IMG/VR virus record: IMGVR_UViG_3300042310_000554
Source: an uncultured virus (IMG/VR IMGVR_UViG_3300042310_000554)
Lineage: Duplodnaviria > Heunggongvirae > Uroviricota > Caudoviricetes
Length of the DNA stretch: 64,000 nucleotides
Strand: one strand, 5' to 3'
The translations under genes and the position numbers were made by a program. Below, piece by piece: positions 42,819 through 52,291 of the stretch. Within the stretch, counting starts at the first letter, position 1. Every line of letters starts with the position of its first letter. The notes beneath the pieces were generated by a model. That model was not told where the DNA came from and searched no databases. It saw only the letters and a program-made list of their open reading frames with translations.

Positions 42819-42872
42819 ATTATTTTTATTTATTTTATTTATTTAGAACTCTAACATAACCATCTAAAGTTA

Positions 42873-44996
42873 TTAACTTAAAACTACATTACCCGCACCA
42901 ATAAGTGTTTGTAAAGCAGTGAATGCAGCATCACTTGCTGACGTTCGTTTAGGTGTTGAACCACATTTAATTGTAAAGTTACTAATCACGGTATTAATAT
43001 AACTAGGTTGAATATCGTTTAACAAGTTGTCTGTTTCTGTTGAATTAAACCCTGTCCAACCACCACCAAATGCTGGTTCTATTGATAAAAGTGTGTAATT
43101 AGATGCCCAAATTCTACCTGATGAAGAATAACTAAAGGTATTATTACCTCCTCTTATAACAAAATTAGTTATTAGTGGTGGTAATGAAAATAAATCACCA
43201 GTTAAAGTGTTATAACCCCCAATGTTAATAGCAACTGATGTTGATGGTAATGTTGTTACATCCCCACTAATTGTATTATTACCCCTAATTAAAAAAACCT
43301 GTATGTTTGGAGGTACAGTAGATATATCCCCATTAATTACATTATTACCATCAATTTGACAAGTTACAAGTGACCTTGGTAAATTTGAAATACTACCACT
43401 TATTGTATTACCTCCTGGAGATGTCCCTTCAATTCTTAATTGTCTTACTGAAGGTAAATTAGATGTATCACCACTTATAGTATTTTGTCCCCTAATTATT
43501 ATTGTTGAACTTGTTGACATACGTGGTAAATCAGATGTATTACCACTAACTGTATTATTACCCTGTAAATCTAGTGCAGAACTTAAAGTACTTGGAAATC
43601 CTGATGTGTCACCACTAATCGTATTATTGCCAGATATAGCTAAAAGTGTTAAAAATCGAGGTAAATTAGATGTGTTACCACTAAGATTGTTATTATTAGA
43701 TTCTATAAGAGTTAAAGTGCGTGGTAAATTTAAAACATTACCAGTAATAAATAAACCGTTAGAATAATTGCCGGTTAAATTTAATAAACCATCTAATTTC
43801 TGTAATTCACTTGTTGATGTCCATAATGATTGAGAGTTGTGAGGGAATGTATTTGACTCAAAATATGTTATTGTTGTTAAATTTGTTGATAAAATTTTAA
43901 TTTGTCCTGTATAAGGTGATGAATATATGTGATTTGTTCTAGTAAGTCCGGATGGGAATGTTTCTATATTTCCATCACCCCAATTTATTTTAAAAGTGAG
44001 TGATGAATTTATAGTAAATCCACTGTCGGGTGTTGAGTAAATTTGATTAACACCTACCGCATTAATTATAAACTCTTCTAATGGAATTGGTGTATTTGTA
44101 GGAGTTATTGTAGGTGTTGGAGTTACTGTTGGTGTTTGAGTATTTGTTGGAGTTGGTGTCGGTGTCCCATTACAATTCGATATTATCGGAATGCAATCCG
44201 GTAAATCAGTAAAATTAGTTATAGAGGTAATAAGACCTGTAGTAAAACTTACGACATATCTATTAGGTTGTACATATCCAGGCGTCATTAGGGTTATAAT
44301 GGTATCTAAAATAAGTCTTCCAGTTCCCGCATAAATTTGATTTTGAAAATTGTATAATTGAACTCCGACAGCCAAATTTACAAATGAACGAAGAACTTGT
44401 CCCTGGGAATCTCTGCAACCCGTAGGACCGTTTACCCAATAATTTTCCCATAAACATTTAGCGTCGAAATCTGTTGGAGAATTTGTAATTGAGTAACTTA
44501 CCATAGTTACATCATTACCTACTGAATAATACAATAAAGTTTCAACCCTTGGTATTAGTGTCGTTGTCGGTGTCACCGTTGGTGTTTGGGTGTTAGTTGG
44601 TGTTTGGGTGTTAGTTGGAGTTATTGTTGGTGTGTTAGTTGGAGTTTGGGTATTTGTGGGAGTTTGGGTTGGCATTGGTTCAACAATTAAAGTAAAATCA
44701 CAATTAAGAATAGATTCAGGAATTCCGATAAAATCACAATCAGGTACATATTCAGGAATTCCGATAAAATCGCAATCAGGTAATTCAACTCTTCCGGTAA
44801 AATCACAATCTATTATAAATGCAGGGGTTGGGGTTGGCGTTACCGGAATTTTACGGTAAGAATCATTATCTTGTTTACTACTTAATTTATTGAAACCTGG
44901 TGGGATAACCTGAACATTAAAGATATTTTGTCCATCAACAATTAGTCGTGAACCCCCAATAATATTCCCTGATTTTTTTCTATTAACAAATCCCAT
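42873..44996 (-). CDS. Pro/Thr-linker protein with LRR/beta-helix-like repeats
   Basis: CDFxG repeats, PT linkers, INWGDG PKD-like motif, repeated GxNxISGDxSxLP. Confidence 0.7.
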   Translation of the reverse strand: MGFVNRKKSGNIIGGSRLIVDGQNIFNVQVIPPGFNKLSSKQDNDSYRKIPVTPTPTPAFIIDCDFTGRVELPDCDFIGIPEYVPDCDFIGIPESILNCDFTLIVEPMPTQTPTNTQTPTNTPTITPTNTQTPTNTQTPTVTPTTTLIPRVETLLYYSVGNDVTMVSYSITNSPTDFDAKCLWENYWVNGPTGCRDSQGQVLRSFVNLAVGVQLYNFQNQIYAGTGRLILDTIITLMTPGYVQPNRYVVSFTTGLITSITNFTDLPDCIPIISNCNGTPTPTPTNTQTPTVTPTPTITPTNTPIPLEEFIINAVGVNQIYSTPDSGFTINSSLTFKINWGDGNIETFPSGLTRTNHIYSSPYTGQIKILSTNLTTITYFESNTFPHNSQSLWTSTSELQKLDGLLNLTGNYSNGLFITGNVLNLPRTLTLIESNNNNLSGNTSNLPRFLTLLAISGNNTISGDTSGFPSTLSSALDLQGNNTVSGNTSDLPRMSTSSTIIIRGQNTISGDTSNLPSVRQLRIEGTSPGGNTISGSISNLPRSLVTCQIDGNNVINGDISTVPPNIQVFLIRGNNTISGDVTTLPSTSVAINIGGYNTLTGDLFSLPPLITNFVIRGGNNTFSYSSSGRIWASNYTLLSIEPAFGGGWTGFNSTETDNLLNDIQPSYINTVISNFTIKCGSTPKRTSASDAAFTALQTLIGAGNVVLS

Positions 44997-45016
44997 CTTC
45001 TTTTAATTAATAAATA

Positions 45017-46786
45017 TTATCTTCCGCCAAATAACCAACCATATTTCATATAATCGTCTTTGGAAACTTGACTGGAACTAAATTGGTTTATTCTTTCGGT
45101 TAAGTTTGGCATAACCGGATTAAAAGAAATGGATTGTCCTATGTTCTGATTATTACTAACCGACCAAGAATCAATCATTGCTTTGGTATGTTCTGTTACT
45201 TTGGTTAAATTACTAAATGATGATTCCGCCACATATGTTGCCATAGCAATTGACATAATTAAATCATCGTGGTGCCCTTTTTGATGGTCAGGTCTACCAT
45301 TCATATAGATAAAAGTATTCATTTCCCCACATAAACGAGTACTATAAATCTTAAATCCGTGTCTTAATACCTCTTCAAAAGACGCAATAATCTGAACCCT
45401 TTTATTATTAAAATTTATTCCTGGTATTTTATCTAAAGCTTTTGGGTCGTATTTCCATTTATTTGATGCGTCAATACCATCAATATATAAATTTCTATAC
45501 CCCATCTCTTGCATTTTTCTTGCTGTTGATACACCCATTCCTCCGGTAATATCAATAACAACAAAACACGAATACATTGTTGCCCATTTATAGGCAATTT
45601 CTGCCATAACATCGGGTGGTATTTTCCCCACATATTCGGCAACTTGTTCATTAGTATCAAAATCTACAATTTGGAATGAACTAAAATCTTCACTATCACC
45701 CCTAGACACATCACAACCCATAATATATTTATGACCAATAACAGGTTCTTTCCATATCCAAAGAGCGTTACCCATCATTTTACTAATAGGGTCTTTAACC
45801 ATATTCTCACGAATACCTTGCATCATTTTAGAATCAAATACATTGTCCCCTGACCCAAGGAAATTACATTCTAACTCTTGTGATACTTTACGTTTGTCGT
45901 ATTTTAATTTTTTAACCATCGCTTCAAACCAAGAAGAACAAGGTTTGTATCCATCATCCATTAAAACCCTTAATTCTTTATAATCTCTTTCGTATGGTGA
46001 TATACTCTCCCAACTAATAATTTCTTTTTCGTTGTAATCTTCTTTATTTAAAAGGTAATGAATTATATCCTCAGTTTTAACTAAATATAAATCTTTAGTA
46101 TAACGAGGGTCACGATACCAATACATTTCGGTAATCTTGAAGTCATTCATACCTCTTAAGGCTTGGTCATAAATTTCATAGTAAATTGGGTCATATCCAT
46201 TGGGTGTAGAAACCACAATTACTTTACCCCCCGTAGATAGGGATGCCATACAGGCAGACCAGAAGTCATTGTCGGCCTCAATAAACGCCGCCTCATCAAA
46301 TATTAATATTGTAGGTGTAAATCCACGAAGTGCATCCTTTGATGTTGCAACCGCTTTTACTTCACTACCATTAAGTAATTTATAATGTTTTTGAGCGTTT
46401 TTATCAGGGGAAAATCCAATACCAACCCAGTCAGGCCATTGGGCAACAAATGCTCTAATCTTGTTCGCCATCTCAATAGATGTGTCAAGTTTATTGGCAA
46501 TAATCAAAACTTTTTCTGGTTTTGTTTTTTTGGCAAACGATAATTTCATTGACGCCCAAGCTGCGGTAACGGTTGTTACACCCGCTTGTCTGTATTTTAA
46601 CGCAATGTTTTCGTTGTTGTTTTCGTAATCCTCAAGTAAGGTTATTTGGTCGGGGAATAATTCTAATGGGACATATTTTGAAACAGTATTGTCATAAGTC
46701 TGTAGATACGTCTTTAACGCGTAACTTACATCCTTATGACATTTTACATATTCTATTAATACTTGTTCTCTTGTTAAATTTGACAT
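45017..46786 (-). CDS. Terminase large subunit (T4 gp17-like)
   Basis: RQAGVT, FDEAAFI Walker B, STPNG, QELECNFLGS, DVSRGDSED, HDDLIMS. Confidence 0.95.
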   Translation of the reverse strand: MSNLTREQVLIEYVKCHKDVSYALKTYLQTYDNTVSKYVPLELFPDQITLLEDYENNNENIALKYRQAGVTTVTAAWASMKLSFAKKTKPEKVLIIANKLDTSIEMANKIRAFVAQWPDWVGIGFSPDKNAQKHYKLLNGSEVKAVATSKDALRGFTPTILIFDEAAFIEADNDFWSACMASLSTGGKVIVVSTPNGYDPIYYEIYDQALRGMNDFKITEMYWYRDPRYTKDLYLVKTEDIIHYLLNKEDYNEKEIISWESISPYERDYKELRVLMDDGYKPCSSWFEAMVKKLKYDKRKVSQELECNFLGSGDNVFDSKMMQGIRENMVKDPISKMMGNALWIWKEPVIGHKYIMGCDVSRGDSEDFSSFQIVDFDTNEQVAEYVGKIPPDVMAEIAYKWATMYSCFVVIDITGGMGVSTARKMQEMGYRNLYIDGIDASNKWKYDPKALDKIPGINFNNKRVQIIASFEEVLRHGFKIYSTRLCGEMNTFIYMNGRPDHQKGHHDDLIMSIAMATYVAESSFSNLTKVTEHTKAMIDSWSVSNNQNIGQSISFNPVMPNLTERINQFSSSQVSKDDYMKYGWLFGGR

Positions 46787-46805
46787 ACATTGTCGTTTTG
46801 TTTGT

Positions 46806-48164
46806 TTAGAACCCTAGTTCTGACAAATCAAAATCATCAAAGTCGTCATCACCGTAGTCTTCGTTATCATCATCGGAACCCATTTTTTCATCGTATTCGT
46901 CTTTTTTCAAATCCTCAACGATTTCATTTACCATTCTTTGGATAAATTCACCACCTTTTGGGTCACCTTGTAAAATTAATTTAGCAACTCTCATAAATTC
47001 TGGTGCTGATAATTTTGAAAATCTAACAAATAAGTAATGTTGAAGGTGTTTTTTTTCATCCTCAAACAAATCATCAGGATATGATTCTGTAAATTTTTCC
47101 CAAAATATTGGACCTAATCTAGAGTCCCATACCTCAGCAGGTAAAGTATCTTCAGAACCTAAAACCATTTCAGCTTGTCTTGGGTCGTCAGGTAAACCGT
47201 GAGTTCCAAACACTTCATAAACACCTTTCACTAATTCGTGAATTAGTAAGGGAAATGTCATAGCTCTAGCTTTAACTGTTGGTGGGTCGGTTTCTTCATC
47301 AACTTCACTTTGACCCATTTGACCACCACCTCCGGCTGCCATACCTTCCATATCAGGATATAACCAATATAAATGTTCCATTAATGATTGGGTTACACCA
47401 TAAAGATTTAATAAATTAGGGTCTAATCTATTGATTTCGTCACTAAGTAAAACATACATATGTCCACCTTTAAATGCCGCTCCTTGTATAAGAGAATTAA
47501 TCATTCTCCTTTTCGCCTTCTCTAAATTAAATTGTTCAAATTCGTCGGCAAAATCTTGTAATTCTTCACTATGTTCTTCAGCCTTTTTAAATGCGTCTTT
47601 AACTTCTTCTTCACTAGGTTGTGTTGGTTCTGACTGCATTCCTTGAGCAGCACCCATTGGTTGTTGGATAAGTTGAGCGTCAAATTGTAAAGAACCTTCA
47701 GGTATACCCAATTCTTTTTTAACCAAATTAACTGCTAAATTCTCAAGATATTCTTTATTTTGAGATTCAACTCTCATAATTTGTTGTAGACTATTCATTA
47801 CGGTTTGCATAATGTTCATCATAGGGTTATTTCCTTGTATAGCGGAAGTATCACCCAAATAACGTCTTACCTTATCAACAGAGTCTTTAAAACGCTTTGA
47901 GGATATAACCTCAACATAATCAGTATCGCCATCTTTTGGTAATGCCGGATTGTCAGCGTAAGGGGTTTGTCTTGAAGTTATTTTTCTCTCAATTCCCGGT
48001 TCCATTCTTTCAGGACCTTCATAACTAATTGGAGCTTCTTTTAAGTTAGATTTAATTTCATTCAAAATTAATTGTTCTCTTTTTGTTAAACCTTCATTAA
48101 CTAATTTTTTCTCTAAATTTGCTTTTGATTTCAATATATTTTCCATTTTTAAATTTACACTCAT
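46806..48164 (-). CDS. Hypothetical protein
   Basis: 452 aa; contains HELVKGVYE. Confidence 0.7.
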   Translation of the reverse strand: MSVNLKMENILKSKANLEKKLVNEGLTKREQLILNEIKSNLKEAPISYEGPERMEPGIERKITSRQTPYADNPALPKDGDTDYVEVISSKRFKDSVDKVRRYLGDTSAIQGNNPMMNIMQTVMNSLQQIMRVESQNKEYLENLAVNLVKKELGIPEGSLQFDAQLIQQPMGAAQGMQSEPTQPSEEEVKDAFKKAEEHSEELQDFADEFEQFNLEKAKRRMINSLIQGAAFKGGHMYVLLSDEINRLDPNLLNLYGVTQSLMEHLYWLYPDMEGMAAGGGGQMGQSEVDEETDPPTVKARAMTFPLLIHELVKGVYEVFGTHGLPDDPRQAEMVLGSEDTLPAEVWDSRLGPIFWEKFTESYPDDLFEDEKKHLQHYLFVRFSKLSAPEFMRVAKLILQGDPKGGEFIQRMVNEIVEDLKKDEYDEKMGSDDDNEDYGDDDFDDFDLSELGF

Positions 48165-49093
48165 TACCCTTTAAGTTTAATACCTATTTCATTAAAAGAC
48201 AACCAACTTGGTAAATTCTTTTTAATTGCTTTTGGAGCTGGTTTAGGTCCTGGTTTTGGACTATATGGCGACCCCGGTTTTTTAGGTTTAGTACCCGGTT
48301 TAACCGTTGGTCTTGCCGGAGCAATTTCAGGAGATTGTTCACCAATTTCTTTTTTCGCCTTTGGAGCTGGTTTAACACCAGGTTTAGGTTTGTATGGAGA
48401 ATCAGTTCCCGGTTTTGTTGTTGGTTTAACTTTTGGTTTTGCAGGTACAGTTTCTGACCCTTCATCTAAAAGACTTAAAAAATCTTTTTTACTCATTTTT
48501 GGTGTAATGTGTTTCTCAACTAATTTTGTAATTCTATTTTCCAATTCACTTACAAATTTAGGATTTGGTTGAACTTGTCCTATTTTATTTGACATAACTT
48601 TAGTGTGTGCGTTTTGTACCATATCTAAATAACCTTCTTTAGTTTCTGTTTTCTTTTCAGGTAGTTTGGCAAAGTTAGTATCTTTTGAAAACTCATCAGC
48701 CATTTTACACCATTTTTTTTGTTCTTTAGTTTTTCCATCACCACATTTTGCAAAAAATAATTTTTGTTGTTTTTTTGATTCAAACTTTTCGTCCACTTCA
48801 CCTTCAACTGTTTCGTCTTTTTCAGACACAACCGTTAATTTTTTAGTTGCCGGGTCTATACTCATTGGGACACCTTTTTTAGACATCAAATCTTGAGCCG
48901 CTTTTCTATCAGCATCTACCGCTGGGTCAAATGTAGTTGTTGTGGAGGTTTTTGTAACCGATTCTTTAGTATCTTTTTTAGATTCCGCTAATTTACCAAA
49001 TAATAAATTAACTTGAGATTCACTTAAATTTTCTAAAGTGGATGGTTTTAATCCGTGACCAATTAACTTTAATTTTTTTTGATTAGTGTTCAT
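48164..49093 (-). CDS. Hypothetical Lys/Pro-rich protein
   Basis: ORF with KP-rich C-terminal repeats; start taken at ATG 49093. Confidence 0.65.
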   Translation of the reverse strand: MNTNQKKLKLIGHGLKPSTLENLSESQVNLLFGKLAESKKDTKESVTKTSTTTTFDPAVDADRKAAQDLMSKKGVPMSIDPATKKLTVVSEKDETVEGEVDEKFESKKQQKLFFAKCGDGKTKEQKKWCKMADEFSKDTNFAKLPEKKTETKEGYLDMVQNAHTKVMSNKIGQVQPNPKFVSELENRITKLVEKHITPKMSKKDFLSLLDEGSETVPAKPKVKPTTKPGTDSPYKPKPGVKPAPKAKKEIGEQSPEIAPARPTVKPGTKPKKPGSPYSPKPGPKPAPKAIKKNLPSWLSFNEIGIKLKG

Positions 49094-49493
49094 ATATAAT
49101 TGTTTTTTCAAATTCTAAAACGATATCTCGTTCATATAATTTATTTTTAACCGATTCTTCGGTTTCTCCAAATTTAAAAACCAACCTTTTTTGGTGGTTA
49201 AAATCAACATCATCGTTTTCATTTTCCCAAGACAATGATATAATACCATCAATAGTATCAATCATTGAGAAATAGTCAGAGTTTTGAATTACTGACATTG
49301 TTATAACGTCATTCTTCAAAACTCCTACTTTTTTTATATGCTCTAAATCAGGTGGTAATGGGTAACCGTTAGATGGTTTTGAATCCCAATTTTCCCCCCA
49401 AATATTTTCTGAACTATCCGAAAAAATAAATTCATATATGTTATCACCCTTATAATTTGGTCCTAATTCATTAACATATATTAAATAATTCAT
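49083..49493 (-). CDS. Hypothetical protein
   Basis: 136 aa ORF. Confidence 0.65.
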   Translation of the reverse strand: MNYLIYVNELGPNYKGDNIYEFIFSDSSENIWGENWDSKPSNGYPLPPDLEHIKKVGVLKNDVITMSVIQNSDYFSMIDTIDGIISLSWENENDDVDFNHQKRLVFKFGETEESVKNKLYERDIVLEFEKTIIYEH

Positions 49494-50785
49494 TACAATA
49501 TTTGACCTTTGGTGTTTACTCTTAATTGTTTATTGTTCATTTCAAACACTAAATTATTTTTGTTAGTTTTACCAATTAATTTTGCTTCAGGATATTTGTT
49601 AATCACTTTAGTTGACGCAACTTCTTGAGAAATACTTTCCGAAAGTTTTTTAATATTATTAATTTTTTCTTTTCTAACTTCCTTTAATGAAGTTGATTGT
49701 TGTATTTTAGATTCTAAAATTTGTTTTTCTTTCTCATTGATTTCAAAATATTTTTCTAAAATACTATCAACTTTTGATTCACTAAACAATCCTTCTATCA
49801 TTTCTTCCATACGATTAGAATGGTCATCACTCATAGAATGATGTCTATTTCTACGCTTTGGGTGGTTTGGTAATTCATCGTAGATATCGTCCGGATTTTC
49901 ATCATCAACATCATCATAACCAAATCCTTCACCCATTTCACCACTTGGTACTTCAGGTTGTAATTCGTCGTCACCCATTTCTTCAGAACCCATTTCGTCT
50001 TGACCTTCATCATTTCCACCATCAAAAGGATTTTCATCTTCAATACCTTCTAATTTATTCATAATATCTTCTTTATCTTCTTCTTCTAAAGATTCTAAAT
50101 CTAAAGCCGATAAAATAGAGTTGATTACATATTTCACATCTTTTGATGAAAGATTTTCTTCCTCACTATCTTCAAGAATTCTTAATTTTTGAGCCAATTT
50201 CCCTGTCAATTTTTGAATAACTTTAAGGTTAACAACCTCATCGTCCATTTCTTGGTCATCACCTAAATCCATATCTTCTTCCGGTTCAGGTAAATCTAAT
50301 TCTTCTTCAGGAGCTGGTGCCGGAGCGGGAGCAGGAGCGGGTGCTGGTGCGGGAGCCGGAGCGGCTGCAGGAGCTACTTGTTCTGTAGCATCTATTTTTA
50401 AAATATATTTCGTAGCGTCATTATCGCTTTCAAAAAATAAATTAACATTATTTTCTTGACCTTCGTTAACATTAATTTCTTTCGCAATTAAGTTAAGTCT
50501 TTTAAAGGCTTGTGAATATGATGAATAGTATTTTCTATTTTTCATAGGGTCTAAATAATCACCTTCACCGGTAGATTCGGATATTGTTTTTTTAATTACA
50601 TAACCATTTCTTTCTTTAACAATTTGATAATTGTTTCCGTCAGCCAATACTTTATTATATTCAACTGATTTATTCTCATTAATTGAATTTGGAGTATTTT
50701 CTTTATATCTGGCAATTTCCATTATACGAGCGATTTTTTCCATACCCTCTAATTTTTCACTACCAACTGGTTTTAATTTTCCCAT
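49493..50785 (-). CDS. Acidic hypothetical protein with (PA)n linker
   Basis: 430 aa; ATATTTAT upstream. Confidence 0.7.
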   Translation of the reverse strand: MGKLKPVGSEKLEGMEKIARIMEIARYKENTPNSINENKSVEYNKVLADGNNYQIVKERNGYVIKKTISESTGEGDYLDPMKNRKYYSSYSQAFKRLNLIAKEINVNEGQENNVNLFFESDNDATKYILKIDATEQVAPAAAPAPAPAPAPAPAPAPAPEEELDLPEPEEDMDLGDDQEMDDEVVNLKVIQKLTGKLAQKLRILEDSEEENLSSKDVKYVINSILSALDLESLEEEDKEDIMNKLEGIEDENPFDGGNDEGQDEMGSEEMGDDELQPEVPSGEMGEGFGYDDVDDENPDDIYDELPNHPKRRNRHHSMSDDHSNRMEEMIEGLFSESKVDSILEKYFEINEKEKQILESKIQQSTSLKEVRKEKINNIKKLSESISQEVASTKVINKYPEAKLIGKTNKNNLVFEMNNKQLRVNTKGQIL

Positions 50786-50861
50786 TTTTTTATTTTTGTT
50801 TTTTAAATTAATTTATATATAAATATATTCAGAATTAAAAATGTTAAGATTTTAATTCTTT

Positions 50862-51608
50862 TTATTGTATTTCATTTAAGGATAATGACTTATCGATGTA
50901 CTCATTTTGAAAATCAAACAACTTTGATAGGTATCCATTTCTTCTTAATACCTTGAAAACTAAATTTTCATTTGATAGTTCCCCACCTTTTTCTAATCCT
51001 GAAGTTCTATACTTTTTTAACTTATCTTTATATCTATCTATCAATTTTTTTGCGTCGTCCAATGACTCATCTTTAGCGTTTTCAATAACATCATCTATGG
51101 TTTTCATCCATTCTTCTGATTTTATTTTAACTGATTGGGTATCAATTTCCACATTTTCTTTTTTTGGTTCGCTAATCCATTCATCAAATAAAGCTGAATA
51201 TTCGCCACTACTAAAATGTTTTTCCACATCATCCTGAACATACAATTCAACATCATATCCATATATGGTGATATTATGTTTATCGTTATATAAAGTTTTT
51301 TTTAATCTAAATAATTCTTCGTATAATGGTAATTCTTTTTCCGAAAATTGTTTAAAATCCACAATTATATGTAAATCCACATCAGAATATTTTGACCAAT
51401 TAAAATTTGCCAATGAACCTGTCATTACCACATCGGAGACAATTACATCAACACCCAAAAAATCAATGAACTCATAAGCAATTTCTAAAAGACGTTCCCT
51501 TACTTTGGGTACCATCGTTTCTACTTTATCTTCTTGTGAGTTCCAAAATTTAGGATTTAGTTCATCTTGTAATCTAAAACTGGATAATATACTTTTTAAA
51601 TTGCTCAT
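50862..51608 (-). CDS. Pol-beta superfamily nucleotidyltransferase
   Basis: VMTGSLANFNWSKYSDVDLH (GS...DxD) and DVELY third acidic residue. Confidence 0.8.
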   Translation of the reverse strand: MSNLKSILSSFRLQDELNPKFWNSQEDKVETMVPKVRERLLEIAYEFIDFLGVDVIVSDVVMTGSLANFNWSKYSDVDLHIIVDFKQFSEKELPLYEELFRLKKTLYNDKHNITIYGYDVELYVQDDVEKHFSSGEYSALFDEWISEPKKENVEIDTQSVKIKSEEWMKTIDDVIENAKDESLDDAKKLIDRYKDKLKKYRTSGLEKGGELSNENLVFKVLRRNGYLSKLFDFQNEYIDKSLSLNEIQ

Positions 51609-51638
51609 TAACTATAAATACTTAAATATTTATAATTG

Positions 51639-51881
51639 TTACAATTTTTTGTATTTGAACACCTTTGAAATATCTGTGGTAAAAAACTTACCCTGTGATT
51701 CTGCCATTCTGAATTTTGTATATACATTATGAGGAACTGCCTCATACTCGTATTTCATACCATTTTTAAATTCAGCGATTAATTTTTTAGTTTCTGTATC
51801 GTATTCAGTTTTTACGATATTTGTTGACTCAATTTCGTTAATAATTTTAGTCCCGTCTATTGTTTCTTTTTTTATTGCCAT
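51639..51881 (-). CDS. KTSC-domain protein
   Basis: STNI...YD...LIAEFKNGMKYEYEAVP..VY..F..AESQGKFF. Confidence 0.85.
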   Translation of the reverse strand: MAIKKETIDGTKIINEIESTNIVKTEYDTETKKLIAEFKNGMKYEYEAVPHNVYTKFRMAESQGKFFTTDISKVFKYKKL

Positions 51882-52179
51882 TTTTTAAAGGTGTTTCTAA
51901 ATCAATTATTTGTAATTTATCCATAAGATAATCGTTAAACTCATTATTATCAACATCACCAAAAAAACTTCTTAATTCTGAATAAACATTATCCTTTAAT
52001 GTTGAGAATTTTTGAAAATTTCTCAATATATCATCCGGATAATATGGGGGACTTTTAATATCCTCATCCGACCAACCCTCTCGTTGGAAAGCCAATCTAA
52101 TGTTTCTATAAGTCTCTGTTAGTTCATTATCAATACCTAAAGTATTAATATATTTCATCCAAGCATGTTTATAATCCAT
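51847..52179 (-). CDS. Hypothetical protein (start revised to MDYKH)
   Basis: ATATTTAT directly upstream of ATG 52179; the longer ORF would overlap clpC. Confidence 0.6.
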   Translation of the reverse strand: MDYKHAWMKYINTLGIDNELTETYRNIRLAFQREGWSDEDIKSPPYYPDDILRNFQKFSTLKDNVYSELRSFFGDVDNNEFNDYLMDKLQIIDLETPLKNGNKKRNNRRD

Positions 52180-52291
52180 TTTTATAAATATATTAAAAAA
52201 ATGTTTTGGTAATTCAAAAATATGTATTACTTTTGTCCAATCATTTGAAATAATGAAATTAACCCTTATACTTAAATAAAACAAATTAATT

